Source: Octopus vulgaris (taxonomy: Eukaryota). From it: a DNA stretch of 64,000 nucleotides. The stretch lies in the NCBI GenBank assembly GCA_951406725.2, contig OX597826.1:10912001-10976000 (forward strand), written 5' to 3'. Each line of letters opens with the position of its first letter. The first letter of the stretch is position 1. The translations under genes were made by a program, and so were the position numbers. Under the pieces are notes generated by a model. That model saw only the letters and a program-made list of their open reading frames with translations. It was not told the DNA's origin and made no database searches. Positions 13,331-26,157 of the stretch are shown here, piece by piece.

Positions 13331-13645
13331 ATTTAGTTGAATCTCAATATGTTCTAAGTTCAAATCCTACCAACGTCCAATTTCCTTCCATGTTCACTGA
13401 AAACAAGTACCATTCAAGCAATTGTGGTCAATTTAATCAAGCATCCTAAGCAAGATTTGTAGTATATACCTATATTAGAAATCACAATGTGAGTGATTGT
13501 GTGTGTGTGTACATGTGTGTGCACACCCACAAATTAGGCAGTAAGACAGCAAAGGGTACTGGTGAGATTTGGCAAGCTGACCCTTGGACACAAAGGGTTG
13601 GGGATGCACCAGCCTGATGATGAATTTTTAGAGTAATTGGTTCAG

Positions 13646-13858
13646 CCCTTTAGCATTCAGATGACTGTCAAATGTAATGTTTATTTACTTAGATTATTTG
13701 GATTTAATCATAGCTCATAGCTTTGAAATGTTCATGAAGTGATTGTTTATTTTTAGAATGACATTGTAGTGTAGGTATGAGAGGTTGGATCTGGACTGTT
13801 TGAACATAAAACAAGTGGGATGTTTTGGCTGGATATAGTCAGTTTAAATGCTAAAGGG
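13646..13858. mobile_element. piggyBac-type MITE
   Basis: TIR CCCTTTAGCATT/AATGCTAAAGGG with right TTAA. Confidence 0.75.
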
Positions 13859-14013
13859 TTAAAATTTGAATGCACAGGCAATATTTTGCTTGGAGAACAA
13901 GTTCCACACCATACCTGCATTATACAATTGGTTGACCGGTTAGAACCAGCAGTAAAATCTCCTGCAAATTTCCAACCTTATCATCTTAAAAAAGGTAAGT
14001 ACACATTGGACAT

Positions 14014-14320
14014 TGTTGTTGTTTGTTCCTTCTCAAGCCATGCCTGGCTCATAAGGGCCGGTTTCCCTGTTTCCTAGGCGTATAGGTTCCCCACCTGGAT
14101 GGGATGCTGGTCCATCGCAGGTGAGCTGCAAGATGCAGGAGAAAAGAGTGAGAGAAAGTTGTGGCGAAAGAGTCAGCAGAAGGTCGTCATTACCTTCTAC
14201 CAGAGCCGCATGGAGCTTAGGTGTTTTGCTCATAAATACACACAGCCCGATCTGAGATTCAAACCCGCGATCCCTCGACCGCGAGTCCGCTGCTCTAACC
14301 ACTAGGCCATGTGCCTCCAC
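14014..14320 (-). mobile_element. family C SINE with V-like module
   Basis: 14-bp TSD TACACATTGGACAT on both sides, tRNA head, (CAA)n tail. Confidence 0.85.
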
Positions 14321-14339
14321 TACACATTGGACATATTTG

Positions 14340-14570
14340 ATGTTATATAGTTCTATAAGGCAGTGAGCTGGTGCAATCATTAGCATGCTGGGAAAAATGC
14401 TTAGTGACATTTCATTAGTCTTTACGGACTGAGTTCAAATTCTGTCAAGGCTGATTTTACTTTTCATCTTTTGGAGTTCAATAAAATAAATACCTGTTGA
14501 TCACTGGAGTCGAGATAATTAATTTACCCCCTCCCTGAAATTGATGGCCTTGTATCAAATTTTGAAATTA
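14340..14570 (+). mobile_element. family B (Nin/Deu) SINE, diverged
   Basis: GAGCTGG..GAGTTCAAATTC..TTTCATC.TTT..GATAAAATAA. Similar copies at 18052-18270, 44225-44440, 47455-47820 and 58400-58605. Confidence 0.75.
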
Positions 14571-14802
14571 ATATTATACATAATTCTGGAATAATTGTGT
14601 GAAAACAAATTTAAAAAAAAGAAGAATAGGGATGGTCATGGTTGGAATGCCTTTGATTGTAGATCTACTGGATCAGTGGCTAACCCTCAGGTAGTTAACC
14701 AACATCAATTATCATCATTATACTATACTACGTGTAATTACTATACACTGACCAACACCTTGTGAGTGAATTTTGTAGACTGTGTGAAAGGTTGTTTTGC
14801 AT

Positions 14803-14878
<76 letters not shown>

Positions 14879-15026
14879 CCTTGTGTTTGTCCCCACTTCC
14901 ACTGCTTGATACCCAGCATTGATTTGTTCTTGTCCTCATAACTTAACAGTTCAGCAAAACGGTCTGATAAAACAAGAACCATATTTACAAAAAGAAAAGT
15001 ACCGGGGTCAATTTGTTCAACTAAAC

Positions 15027-15306
15027 CAGGGGTTCCCAAACTTTTTCAGGCTGCCGCCCACCCCCTCGACACCCTGGCCACATTCCTAGTGCCTGCACCC
15101 CAACTAACCACCACAAACATAGACCTCTTTCTGAAGCAAATTCAAAGCAACTGTATTTCAGAAGTAAAACTTAAACTAGAGAACCCATTATTTTGTTGGT
15201 TTTACATGAATTACTACACCATTATCACCCCCACTTTTCTTCAACGCCCCCTTGAAACTTTTCACCGACCCCAGAGGGTCAATACCACCCACTTTGACAA
15301 CCACTG
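15027..15306. mobile_element. hAT (Charlie-like) MITE inside an old family A SINE
   Basis: CAGGGGTTCCCAAA/TTTGACAACCACTG termini, 8-bp TSD AACTAAAC/AACTAAGC. Confidence 0.8.
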
Positions 15307-15386
15307 AACTAAGCCATTCAAAGCAAGTGTCCCAGCATAACTGCAGTTCAATGGCTAAGTCAATAGAGAAAAGATAAAAATATTAT

Positions 15387-15795
15387 GGATCTTTTCGGTT
15401 TGACTGGCAGTTTTTTCTAGCGGTGTCATATGAAACTGTCACCCATAATTATGACCCTAGTATCAATTTATTGCATTTCAATCTGTTTTAGGGTTAGATG
15501 TGGGGGGAAGGGTATCTTTTTATCTTCACAAATGTAAATAAACCCAATCTGTTTCTTAAACGAGGGACATATTCATAGGGCACAGAATGATTTCACCTCC
15601 AAAAGACGTCATTGATTGGTTGAAATTGCAGAAATTCAAGAAAAAAACAACAAATATCTTACAAACTATATAATTTTCTCAATAAAGCCAAGAGAAAAAG
15701 ACGTTTTATAAACACATTCTACCAGTATACGAAGTTTAAGTGTTTAGTTACGTGGAAATTATTTTAAAAAACTGCCGTTCAAACCGAAAAAATCC
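15387..15795. mobile_element. GGATC-TIR MITE (Merlin-like)
   Basis: About 29-bp TIR GGATCTTTTCGGTTTGA.CGGCAGTTTTT, TSD AATATTAT/AATATTAC. Confidence 0.9.
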
Positions 15796-15838
15796 AATAT
15801 TACTAATAGTCATGATAGTGGTAGCACGCGTCGAAACG

Positions 15839-15871
<33 letters not shown>

Positions 15872-16335
15872 ATAGTAGTATGGTTCAATTAGAAGGATAT
15901 GAAATGTCTTGACAAATAATAAAGTGCAGCGAAAAGATACATAGTTTTTCCTTCTTTTTCTTTCTCGGTCACTTTTCTTTCTAATCTTTTCCGTCTTACT
16001 GGCATCCTTTTATCACAGAATGGCTGATAATAAAGAAACTATTAACATTAGACCATTCTCGTTCACCAAAATCGATTATTACACACACACACACACACTT
16101 GTGTTTGAAATAATGCAATAAAACAAACAGGTGTTCAATAACAGACTTGACCATCTTGACATTTTCTTTCCAAACACAGCTGTCCTTCTCTTCATCGTCA
16201 TTTGATGTTGTTATACATAACGCCGAGTCAGCAGTGATGGAGCAGATCTTTCATGTGATCAAACAATCGCCATCCGTGACCATCCAGTCTTTATCTATTT
16301 TGATAATAGATGTCACATCCCGGCCTACATTGTCT

Positions 16336-16698
16336 GGAAGCACTCCATCAAGGGTTCCGGTTGATCCGATCAACGGAACAGCCTGCTCGTGAAATTAACG
16401 TGTAAGTGGCTGATCACTCCACAGACACGTGTACCCTTAACGTAGTTCTCGGGGATATTCAGCGTGACACAGAGAGTGACAAGGCCGTCCCTTTGAAATA
16501 CAGGTACAACAGAAACAGGAAGTAAGAGAAAGTTGTGGTGAAAGAGTACAGCAGGGATCACCACCCCTTGCCGGAGACTCGTGGAGCTTTTAGGTGTTTT
16601 CGCTCAATAAACACTCACAATGCCCGGTCTGGGAATCAAAACCGCGATCCTACGACCGCGAGTCCACTGCCCTAACCACTGGGCCATTGCACCTCCAC
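16336..16698 (-). mobile_element. family C SINE head with alternative tail
   Basis: 12-bp TSD CCTACATTGTCT; same head as 5050-5360. Confidence 0.85.
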
Positions 16699-16874
16699 CT
16701 ACATTGTCTACTGCGCTCTTAAGACGGTAAAGTACGAATTGTGGAAGGAGTGCGATTTGGTAGCTATTTCTAGCAGGTAAGCCATCATGTACAGGCTCAC
16801 ATTTCGTAATTTGAAGAAGACATGACGATGATGATGACGGTACCTACAGAAAGACAAACGATAGGAAGGAAAAC

Positions 16875-17312
16875 GGATCTTTTCGGTTTGACCGGCAGTT
16901 TTTTAAAATAATTTCCACGTAACTAAACACTTTTAAACTTCGTATACTGGTAGAATGTGTCTATAAAACATCTTTTTCTCTTGGCTTTATTGAGAAAATT
17001 CTATAGTTTGTAAGATATTTGTTTTTTTTTCTTCAATTTCTGCAATTTCAACCAATGAATGACTGTCTATTGAGGTGAAAACATTCTGTGCCATATGAAT
17101 ATGTCCCTCGTTTAAGAAACAGATTGGGTTTATTTACATTTCTGAAGAAAAAAAGATACCCTTCCCCCCACCCCTAACCCTAACTAACCCTAACTCTAAC
17201 CCTAACCCTAAAATAGATTGAAATGCAATAGATCAATACCAGGGTCATAATTATGGGTGACAATTTCATATGACACTGCTAGAAAAAACTGCCGTTCAAA
17301 CCGTAAAGATCC
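16875..17312. mobile_element. GGATC-TIR MITE with expanded (CCCTAA)n
   Basis: Both TIRs present; telomere-like repeats at 17171-17211. Confidence 0.9.
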
Positions 17313-17672
17313 AGAATAAGTCCTGGGGTCAATTTGCTCGACTAAAGGCTCCAGCATGGCCGCAGTCAAATGACTGAAACAAATAAAAGAATAAAAGATT
17401 ACAATTCCTAATAATTATAAAAATACAGTAAGATTTTCTTATATACTGCAGATGGCTATGGCGGTCCAGTAGAGTGAAACAGTCCAAAATAAATAAATAA
17501 ACAAACAAAAATGGGCGGGATACATTAGATAATGGAGTCCTTGATGCAATGTGTATGCAAACAAAAAGAAGAGATAGTAACGCTGGAACGCCTTTGATAA
17601 GAGATCTGCACAATGATCAATATTTAGGACTATAGAGATAATTGATTCTTAGATTCCTGCAGAGAGTAAAAC

Positions 17673-17995
17673 CAGTGCCGTCTTAAGGTATGGGTATACT
17701 GGGCAGTTACCTGGGGGTTACATGAGTCTAGGTAGGGTTGAATTAACCAATAAGCACAATAAGAATGGTCTTAGGCCATCAAGGGAAGTGGGGTGGTACC
17801 ACAGAAAGGGTGAATGGTCTACGGCACAAAAGAAATTACTTTAAACTAGCTAAAATAATATTTGAAGTGGTTTATATGATTGGGGAAAAAAAATTATGGT
17901 TTATTATTGTTTATATTTTGAATTACATATATATAAGGCGGCACCAAAATCATTTTAAGTGCTTGGGCTCTCTATGGGTCTTAATCTAGCTCTGG
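17673..17995. mobile_element. possible hAT-type MITE
   Basis: CAGTGCCGTCTTAAG...CTTAATCTAGCTCTG imperfect termini; no TSD found. Confidence 0.4.
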
Positions 17996-18467
17996 CTCTA
18001 GGGCCCTATTATTATGATCTATGCACACTGTCAATAAATGAATATAAAAAGGTAGCGTTCTGGCTGAATTGTTAGCTCGCCAGACAAAATGCTTAGTGGC
18101 GTTTCATCCGCCCTTACGATCTGAGTTCAAATTCCGCCGAGGTTGACTTTGCCTTTCATCATTTCAGGGTCGAAAAAATTAACTACCAGTCAAGCATTGG
18201 GGTCGTTGTAATTGACTTAACTCCTCCCCCAGAATTGCTGGCCTTGTGCCAAAATTTGAAACCAATAAATAAATAGAATGAGGCCTGTGCATTGATTCGG
18301 CTGGACCAGTGGTGGGGATTACAATAGCGCTAAGGTAAATCAATCAATAGGTAAAACGATTAATGACCAGTAAGGACATTAATATACTGGATAGAGTCCG
18401 TGCGACAATATGAAATTCAGGTCTTTCCTAAAACTCCAAATACATCAAAAACCAAAATAACAAATTA

Positions 18468-18840
18468 CTAGCACTATGACCTGGCAATGCCAGGTCGTAG
18501 TGCTAGTGCATGCATATACAGCTGCATGCATGCGCACATACATGTGAGTACTGTCCAAATCTCTGACCAATCACATACAGGTAGCTGGCATTCAATTGGC
18601 GTATCAAGTTTCAGGCATTCTGATTGGGTTTTGGATAGAAAATTCACAAAAAAGTCACTTCTATTGATTTTTTTAATGGCTTTGCTGGGTGACTGGGGAA
18701 ATGTAAAGATGTGCATGACCACCCTTGGACGGTTTTGAATGACCATAGAAAGTGCAAGCCCTCTTACTGAAAAATTGTAGATTTGTATAAAGGATACACA
18801 CACACACAGACAGACATTTTGCCGTTTATATATATAGAGA
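18468..18840 (-). mobile_element. non-autonomous Helitron
   Basis: TC...CTAG ends, A/T target, subterminal hairpin GACCTGGC-AAT-GCCAGGTC. Confidence 0.9.
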
Positions 18841-19006
18841 TTGCTATAAGTATATATAAACAGTACACGTGTGTTTATTATTGATTGGCATAATGACCCA
18901 CCCATGATACAACAAAATCTGTTCCAACATACAAGTTCACATCCAAGAACCTTGCAAACCAAATACAAAAGCCGAAATATATAAACAGATTTACCGATAA
19001 GAATTT

Positions 19007-19244
19007 GGTACTATTTAAGAAGAGTGGTCCCGGTGCACGCACTCGCGTACTTGTGCATTCGCGCTAGATAGTCGTGACCAGTCGATCCTTACTTTGTGTT
19101 TTTGTGTTTTATTTACATTGTTTAAAAAAATTATTTACTTTGTGTTTTATTTACTTTGCTAGGTAGTCATATGATTGACCAGTCACGACTAGCTAGCGCG
19201 GGTACACAAGTGTGTGCACCAGGACCACTCTTCTAAATAGTACC
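19007..19244. mobile_element. GGTAC-TIR MITE (Merlin-like)
   Basis: Long TIRs GGTACTATTT..GAGTGGTCC; 9-bp TSD TAAGAATTT/TTAGAATTT. Second copy at 41100. Confidence 0.85.
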
Positions 19245-19899
19245 TTAGAATTTATTATAATAATCAGGTAACCAACCACAATTTTTTGTTAAACAATGAA
19301 ACAAAACATATGTGGAAAATGGATAATTTATTGTTGTTGTTAATGAACGTCACAAGGTCATATTTTATTTAATACTTCGATACCTAATATGGCATCCTTT
19401 AATTAAATATATATGAAGTGCTTTTATTAAACTATAATTGCTGTTTTGCTACAATTACGTAGCTAATTAGCATTTATTACAATAAAAATGTCTAGTTCTA
19501 GAACTTCTGACAACTCTCTCCATGTGTCGATTGTTAAATATTTCTTAAATACTGTGTGTTTGTTTGTGCGTGTGTGTGAGAGTGTGTGGCACTTTGGACA
19601 AATGTCTTCTAGAGTTCCAAGCCGAAAAACTTTGTGAGAGGATTTGGTAAATGGAAACTGAAAGAAGCCTGTCGTGTAAGTGTGTGCGCACATGTTTTTA
19701 TTATCTCCACTCCCAACTGCTTAACGATAGGAGTTGGTTTGTTTACGTCTCTTAACAGTTTGAAAAAAAGAGTGATAGAATAAGTACCAGACTTTAAAAA
19801 ATAATTACTGGGCTCGATTTGTTCAAGGCGGTGCTCCAGCATAGCCGCAGTCCAATGACTGAAACGAGTAAAAGATAAAAGACAGGCAAACACACGCAC

Positions 19900-20660
19900 A
19901 CATTCTTACTCAGAATTAAGTTTTGGCAAAAGTAAAAGCTTCTGTAAAACCGAAAGTGAAAGTGGAGGGTTATAAAGTGCTTATTTGGGGAAAGATGACT
20001 GTCACGCCAGTTCCTCGTAGACCATAAAGAATTCTCAAGAACTCTGTGGATGAGATGACACAAATCACCTCATAGTTGCGGAGATAAATGAACAGAAATA
20101 TTTCTTTACGAAAGACTGATTTCCGAAGCTTATCATCTGTATTTCTGATGTGTAGCCAGTATAAAGTGGCGTTTGGAATAATGGTAGGATTTTCATATAT
20201 TACTCTAATAATATCGCTTTCGGTGGTTATGATGTATGTATGCATGTATTTTTATGTATGAGTTAATAAGCAGTTTACTGTCGTAAAAAAATATGTATTT
20301 GTCCCCGCTCCCCACCAAAAATGAAACAAAATTGTGACAGAAACTTGAAGCGACAACAATGACAATAAAATTTCATAAAACACATTTGATATCCAATGGG
20401 TGGGTGTTCTATGTGGGCCTCGGCAACTTATATACACAGTAGGTTATCATACACTCAATTTTCTTGATCCAAACGATGACAGCATCCAAACACAGACTAT
20501 AGAAGGGCGATGGATGCTTGCCAAAATGAAAGTAAAACAATGTGTTATGGTGATATCTTTACACCATATCTTTATGAATATGGGTGACGAAACAAATTCA
20601 GAGATCGTGGAAAAGTATGCACGAATCTCGTTTCGTGGGTCAATGACTGTTGTTTCCTCG
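19900..20660 (+). pseudogene. Merlin/IS1016-like DDE transposase relic
   Basis: Ordered motifs IVAEINEQKYF (VEIDESKF), KYVFVPAP, HLISNGWVFYVGL (ISD.W..Y..L), HTLNFLDPNDDSIQTQTIEGRW (NHS.NFVDP..HTQTIE..W), and PYLYEY.*RNKF. Confidence 0.75.
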
Positions 20661-20684
20661 TAAATGTGATTTTTATCATCTTTT

Positions 20685-21081
20685 GTTTTACTCTTTTACT
20701 TGTTTCAATCATTTCACTGCAGCCATGCTGGAGCACCGCCTTTAGTTGAGCAAATCGACCCCAGGACTTATTCTTTGAAAGCCTAGTACTTATTCTATCG
20801 GTCTCTTTTTGCCGAACCGTTAAGTTACGGGGATGTAAACACACCAGCACCGGTTGTCAGGCGAAGTTGGGAGTTGGGGGGGGGACAAACACAGACACAC
20901 AATTACGCATATATATACATATACACGACGGGCTTCTTTCAGTTTCCGTCTACCACTCACAAGGCTTTGGTCGGCCCGAGGCTATAGTAGAAGACACTTG
21001 CCCAAATGCCACGCAGTGGGACTGAACTCGGAACTATGTGGTTGGTAAGCAAGCTACTTACCACACAGCCACTCCTGCGCC
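20685..21081 (-). mobile_element. family A SINE
   Basis: Full-length copy. Confidence 0.9.
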
Positions 21082-21263
21082 TATATAATATATATACGAA
21101 TTTTATGTCATATAAAATATGTGTATGTTCCATTCTTTGGTTATATCACATACATTGTATACATGAAATTATGGGATGTCATTGTAATCACTACCAATTT
21201 TTAATGCAATTTTGTCTCCTTTCCAGACAATTTACTCTCACTATTTTACAACAATCCGGATAA

Positions 21264-21475
21264 ATTGTATTCACCTCAATAGACGTCATTGATTGGTTGA
21301 AATTGCCGAAATGCAAGAAATTAAACAACAAATAGCTTACAAACTACAGAAATTTCTCAAGAAAACCAAGAGAAAAAGATGTTTTATAAACACATTCTAC
21401 CAGTATACGAAGTTTAAAAGTGTTTAGTTACAAAGACATTATTCTAAAAATCTGCCAGTCAAAGCGAAAAGATCT
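21264..21475. mobile_element. single end of a GGATC-TIR subfamily (variant AATCTGCCAGTCAAAG.GAAAAGATC)
   Basis: Homologous to one half of the MITE. Similar solo ends at 22047-22247, 57739-57942 and 62036-62211. Confidence 0.8.
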
Positions 21476-21758
21476 GTTATGTATACTAATATATATGTGC
21501 GTATGTATGTTTGTATCCATAAATGTTAATATGTATTGTAACAAAAGCAATGCAACATTAACACTAATAACAAGCTTTCATTATTGAATACACTAGCACT
21601 ATTCTTTACGTGTACACTACATACATACATATGTATTATACATACACATACACACACACACACGGTCAACACAGCTTCAGATCAAATAATTTGCCAGGCA
21701 TTACACCACTGAAATATAATGTATGTGTATGTATATATATATTTATATATATATGACA

Positions 21759-22030
21759 AAAACAATTGCAGCGTGGAAGGTGTTTATAAGCCATTTAAGA
21801 AATACACAAAGCCGTTAGATTCACTTCAACATCTGCAGCATGAAGCTTTGTCAGTGAACAGGTTGCAGTTTCTTGGCAGCGAGAATATTTTGACAAATTA
21901 AATTTAAATGTTGAAGTGAATCTAACAGGTTTTGTATGTTTCTTAAATGGCTTATAAACACCTTCCACACTGCAATTGTTTTCGTTCCAGCACACGATCT
22001 CAGTTCAAGTCACTCGCTATGCAAGTACAG
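21759..22030. repeat. inverted pair of a Penelope-like terminal repeat
   Basis: AAAACAATTGCAGCGTGGAAGG..TTCAACA and its reverse complement. Same arrangement at 42785-42950. Confidence 0.75.
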
Positions 22031-22754
22031 CAGTAATCGTATTCAGTTGAATACATGTCATTGATTGGTTCAAATTACCGAAAAACTACAACTTTAACGT
22101 GAAATAACTTCCTAAATATAAGCTTTTCTCAAAAATGCTAAGAGTAAAAGATGTTTTATATGACACATTCTACCAGTGTCCGAAGTTTGAAAGTGTTTAG
22201 TTACAAAAAAATTATTTTTTAAATCTGTCAGTCAAAAGGTAAAGATCCAATCCCAGTACTTTTTATCTTTTTTAAGCCGGGTACTTATTTTATCGAAGTC
22301 GAACCACTAAGTTACGGGGACGTAAACACACCAGTATCGGTTGTCCAGCGATGTGTGTGTTGTAGTGGTGGTGGTGGTGGTGGGGGGAGGACAAAGACAC
22401 ACATACATATACGAAGGTGTCTTTCGGTTTCTAGCAATCAATTCCACTCACAAGGCTTTGGTTGGCGCAAGGCTAGAGTAGAAGACACTCCCCCAAGGTG
22501 TTAGGCAGTGGGACTGAACCCTGAACTGTGTGGTTGGCAAGCAAGCTTCTTACAACACAGCCACGCCTATGCCTATATATCTACAAATGTTTCATTAAGA
22601 GATTTTATTGTGATGTAACATTATATAAGAAGGTATGTGTACACGGGCAAAATTTATAATATTATGCAATACAATACAATTTATCTCACGGGTCTTCGTG
22701 TTGTACTACAATTAAAACATTGAAATAATGATATGCTGCTAAGTTGAAGGCCTT

Positions 22755-22791
<37 letters not shown>

Positions 22792-22799
22792 CAAAGAAT

Positions 22800-23005
22800 C
22801 TAGTGCTCTTAGATTAAATTTTCTTGGGGCCAGCCAGATTGGAGCAGTCTTGAGTGTAACTGACCGAAACTGCAACGACAATCTGGAACTTGACTGACGA
22901 TTGAAAACTCCGAATGACCTGTCCTTGTTTTTTCCTGTCCTTCTTTGTATCATCTAACTGTCTGGATGTTTTGTTGTCGCCTGTTATGTTCGTTTTCCAT
23001 TTTTT
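22800..23005 (+). mobile_element. Penelope-like LTR fragment with degenerate hammerhead motifs
   Basis: CCAGATTG/CAATCTGG stem around CCGAAACTGCA, then CTGACGA..CCGAA..GTC. Flanked by (TA)n. Confidence 0.4.
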
Positions 23006-23047
23006 TTTTATATATACATATAGCGGTGTACGCACACTTTTGGTCTC

Positions 23048-23085
<38 letters not shown>

Positions 23086-23149
23086 GTATAAGCATGTCCC
23101 CTGCATTCCTCTCTCAGCTGAGAGATCCTAGGCTTTCAGACTCATGGAT

Positions 23150-23315
23150 GCTGGTGTCATGTAAAAGTACCTGTAGATGTGCGATGTAAAAGTACCTGTG
23201 CAGGTGTCACATAAAAGCACCTGTGATGTTGCCTTATAAAAGCACCTGAGCTGGTACCATGTAAAAGAACCCATGCCAGTGCCTTATGAAAGCACCCGTG
23301 CTGGTGCCACCCAAA
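23150..23315 (+). repeat. about 21-bp tandem repeat (GCTGGTGCCATGTAAAAGCACC-like) upstream of a Meta-like module
   Basis: About 7 degenerate units. Confidence 0.75.
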
Positions 23316-24140
23316 ACCATCCAGCACATTCTGCAAAGTGGTTGGCATCAGGAAGGGCATCCAGCCAAAGAAACCATGCTAAAACAGAGAAATGGAGCCA
23401 GGGAGGTTCTCTAGCTGGTCAGCTTCTGTCAAACCGTCCAACTTATGCCAGCATAGAGAACAGATGTGAATTGACCAAATTTGGCAGGGATATTCAGATG
23501 CAACATGAAGAATATTATATGATCAAAAAAAATCATGAGTCTTAGGCCTCCTGGGGTAATGCAGGAACGAGTCAAGAAAATAAATATAGAGAAACAAAGT
23601 GGGCCGGAGTGACATTGTGGAGTATAGAAACAGATTGTAATGTCAAAGTCTGTTTTTTTTTCTTTGTTTTCAAGTCTCCCATTAACTTCTGTTTGACATA
23701 CACAGTTTCTCCTTTTCCTTGATGTGTGTATATATGTGTGTGTGTGCATGTACATATATATATATATATATAAACATACAAAGAGAGAAAGAAGGAATAT
23801 ATCTTTTGAAATGTTGACATTAAAATTTCACATTTAAAAGTCATATCTTTGGAAAGTTAGGTATAAAGTTCCATATACCATGGAAGAGAGAAGATAATTT
23901 ATATTTCCATTTTAAATTTAAATTTGTTTATATTTCTAAGATAATCAGCTTTTATGCTCTGTCCATTAGAGCCCTTGTTTTTTGTGTGAGTATATCTCAA
24001 ATTTATAAAAAAAATTAATGGTCCAATTTGCAGAACATTATAAAAATATGAGCATATTTAAACATAAACCAATGAAATAATTTCTATACCTACCATAGTA
24101 AAATGTATGTAATAACTATGAAATATAATTGTTTATATAT

Positions 24141-24304
24141 AGGTGCAGAAGTGGCTGTGTGGTAATTGGCTTGCTTACCAGCCACATGGTTCCGGGTTCA
24201 TTCTCACTGCATGGCACCTTAGGCAAGTGTCTTTTACTATAGCCTCGGGCGAGACCAAAGCCTTGTGAGAGGATTTGGTAAACAGAAACTGAAAGAAGCC
24301 CGTC

Positions 24305-24337
<33 letters not shown>

Positions 24338-24550
24338 GTGTATATATTTGTGTGTCTGTGTTTGTCCCCCCAACATCGCTTGACAACCGATGCTGGTGTG
24401 TTTACGTCCCCGTAACTTAGCGGTTCGGCAAAAGAGGACGATAGAATAAGTACTAGGCTTACAAAGAATAAGTCCTGGGGTCGATTTGCTCGACTACAGG
24501 CGGTGCTCCAGCATGGCCACAGTCAAGTGACTGAAACAAGTAAAAGAGTA
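24141..24550 (+). mobile_element. family A SINE
   Basis: Full-length copy. Confidence 0.9.
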
Positions 24551-25156
24551 AAAAAAGTAATGAGTATATGAGAAATTTTAACAATGACTACAGTCCAATA
24601 AACATTAATTAGTTGTATATTTTTGTGTGAACTGTAACTGTCCTCACAGTAATGTTAAGGAAACTGGTAGAATTTTTTTGAAAAAGCATTATTTTATATC
24701 AAATCTTTACTAGTTTAAATGTTAAACAATGAAAGAAATCATCTTCTACCTTTGATGGTAATAACTAAGTTTTTGAAGATGTGATTTTCAAATGAAGAAT
24801 TTTAATAACCTATTTAAATCTCAGACAGCTCAAGCACGATACTCATGGTCGAAACTTATTTCAGGATCTCAGACCAGCTACTCAATATGTCTGTGCAACA
24901 TACTGCAAAACTCACCAGAGAAGATGCCATTACGATGATAATGCAGACTGGAGCACTATCTTGGAAGAGGTAGTGTATCTCTACAATCTTACATTCTCCA
25001 AACAAAATGAAGAGCCGTTTTCCTATTATTTTCTGTACTTATGCACTATCCATTCTCCAGCAAGTTTGGCATAATTATCAGGGATCATGACAGAAGACAA
25101 TTTATCAAGGGCATCAAGAATAAGATAATTTACATCTAGAGTTTATCATTGCCATA

Positions 25157-25381
25157 GAGCTGGCAGAAACGTTAGCACGCTGAGCGAAATGCTCAGCAGT
25201 ATTTCGTCTGTCACTACGTGCTGAGTTCAAATTCCGCCGAGGTCGACTTTGCCTTTCATCCTTTCAGGATCGATAAATTAAGTACCAGTTACGCACTGGG
25301 GTCGATGTAATCAACTTAATCCGTTTGTCTGTCCTTGTTTGTCCCCTCTGTGTTTAGTCCCTTGTGGGTAGTAAAGAAATA
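25157..25381 (+). mobile_element. family B (Nin/Deu) SINE
   Basis: GCCTTTCATCCTTTC.GG.TCGATAAATTAAGTACCAG Nin/Deu-like core. Confidence 0.85.
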
Positions 25382-25720
25382 ATATACAACAAAGCACTGA
25401 CCTCCATTGAAAATACTGTACAGTCCATCATTAAGCAAGGATATTCAGTGTGAACTACCAGTTCCAGTACGAACTACAGCTGTAACTCTCAGTTGAGAGA
25501 TCCTCCCATTTAACAAGTGGAATAGTATGTTCACCAAAATGAAATACTCCAAATAAAGCAGTTGGTGGCATCTGACATGAAAGGAATAGTGGTTCTGGTG
25601 GCACAGGCCAAACTATTTGGATCAGTTTAATTTTAGCAAAAGTTTGTTCACTGAAGCAGATTGGTATTAAAGCATCCTCGTATGGAATTTGCTCACAAGT
25701 GGCAGAACTGCTCATTCTGC

Positions 25721-26157
25721 TTCATGGTCTCAAGAATTTGTCTTATGAAGAAAGGCTGAAGACGCTCGACCTTTATTCTCTAGAAAAACGCCGACGCCGT
25801 GGTGATCTCATTCTCGCTCACAACATCATAAGCGGAAAGTGTAACCTCTCGAAAGAGCTGTTCTTCACTCCTGCTCCAGAGCGTCGGCTGCGGGGTCATT
25901 CCGAAAAGCTCTATCTGCGACGATTTCATCTCAATCGAAGGAGAGGGGCTTTCTCCGTCCGGGTTGCGGATCCGTGGAACAAGCTGCCAGACGAGATGGT
26001 GAAGATGCCGACTACCGCTTTGTTCAAAGTCTCCCTTGACCTCAAGTGGCCTGAACTCTTTACATGAACACCACCCTGTACATAACTCCATGTCCCCCTA
26101 CATGGCCTTGCGTTTTGCTATTTGAGCCAAAAAATTAACTAACTTAACTAACTAACT
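25721..26157 (+). mobile_element. 5'-truncated CR1-group LINE 3' end
   Basis: Uninterrupted LSYEERLKTLDLYSLEKRRRRGDLI..RGH..FSVRV..WNKLP, short UTR, (CTAA)n tail. Confidence 0.9.

Noticed and set aside
14255-14320. tRNA gene
   Set aside because: tRNA-like head continues into a SINE body with TSDs; the same applies to the other heads.
17171-17211. True telomere or chromosome fusion site
   Set aside because: Short tract located inside a MITE.
23150-23315. CRISPR-like array
   Set aside because: Contiguous degenerate tandem units without unique spacers, no cas genes, eukaryotic context.
25455-25715. Minus-strand 86-aa ORF as a host exon
   Set aside because: It is the antisense of the Helitron Walker A region.
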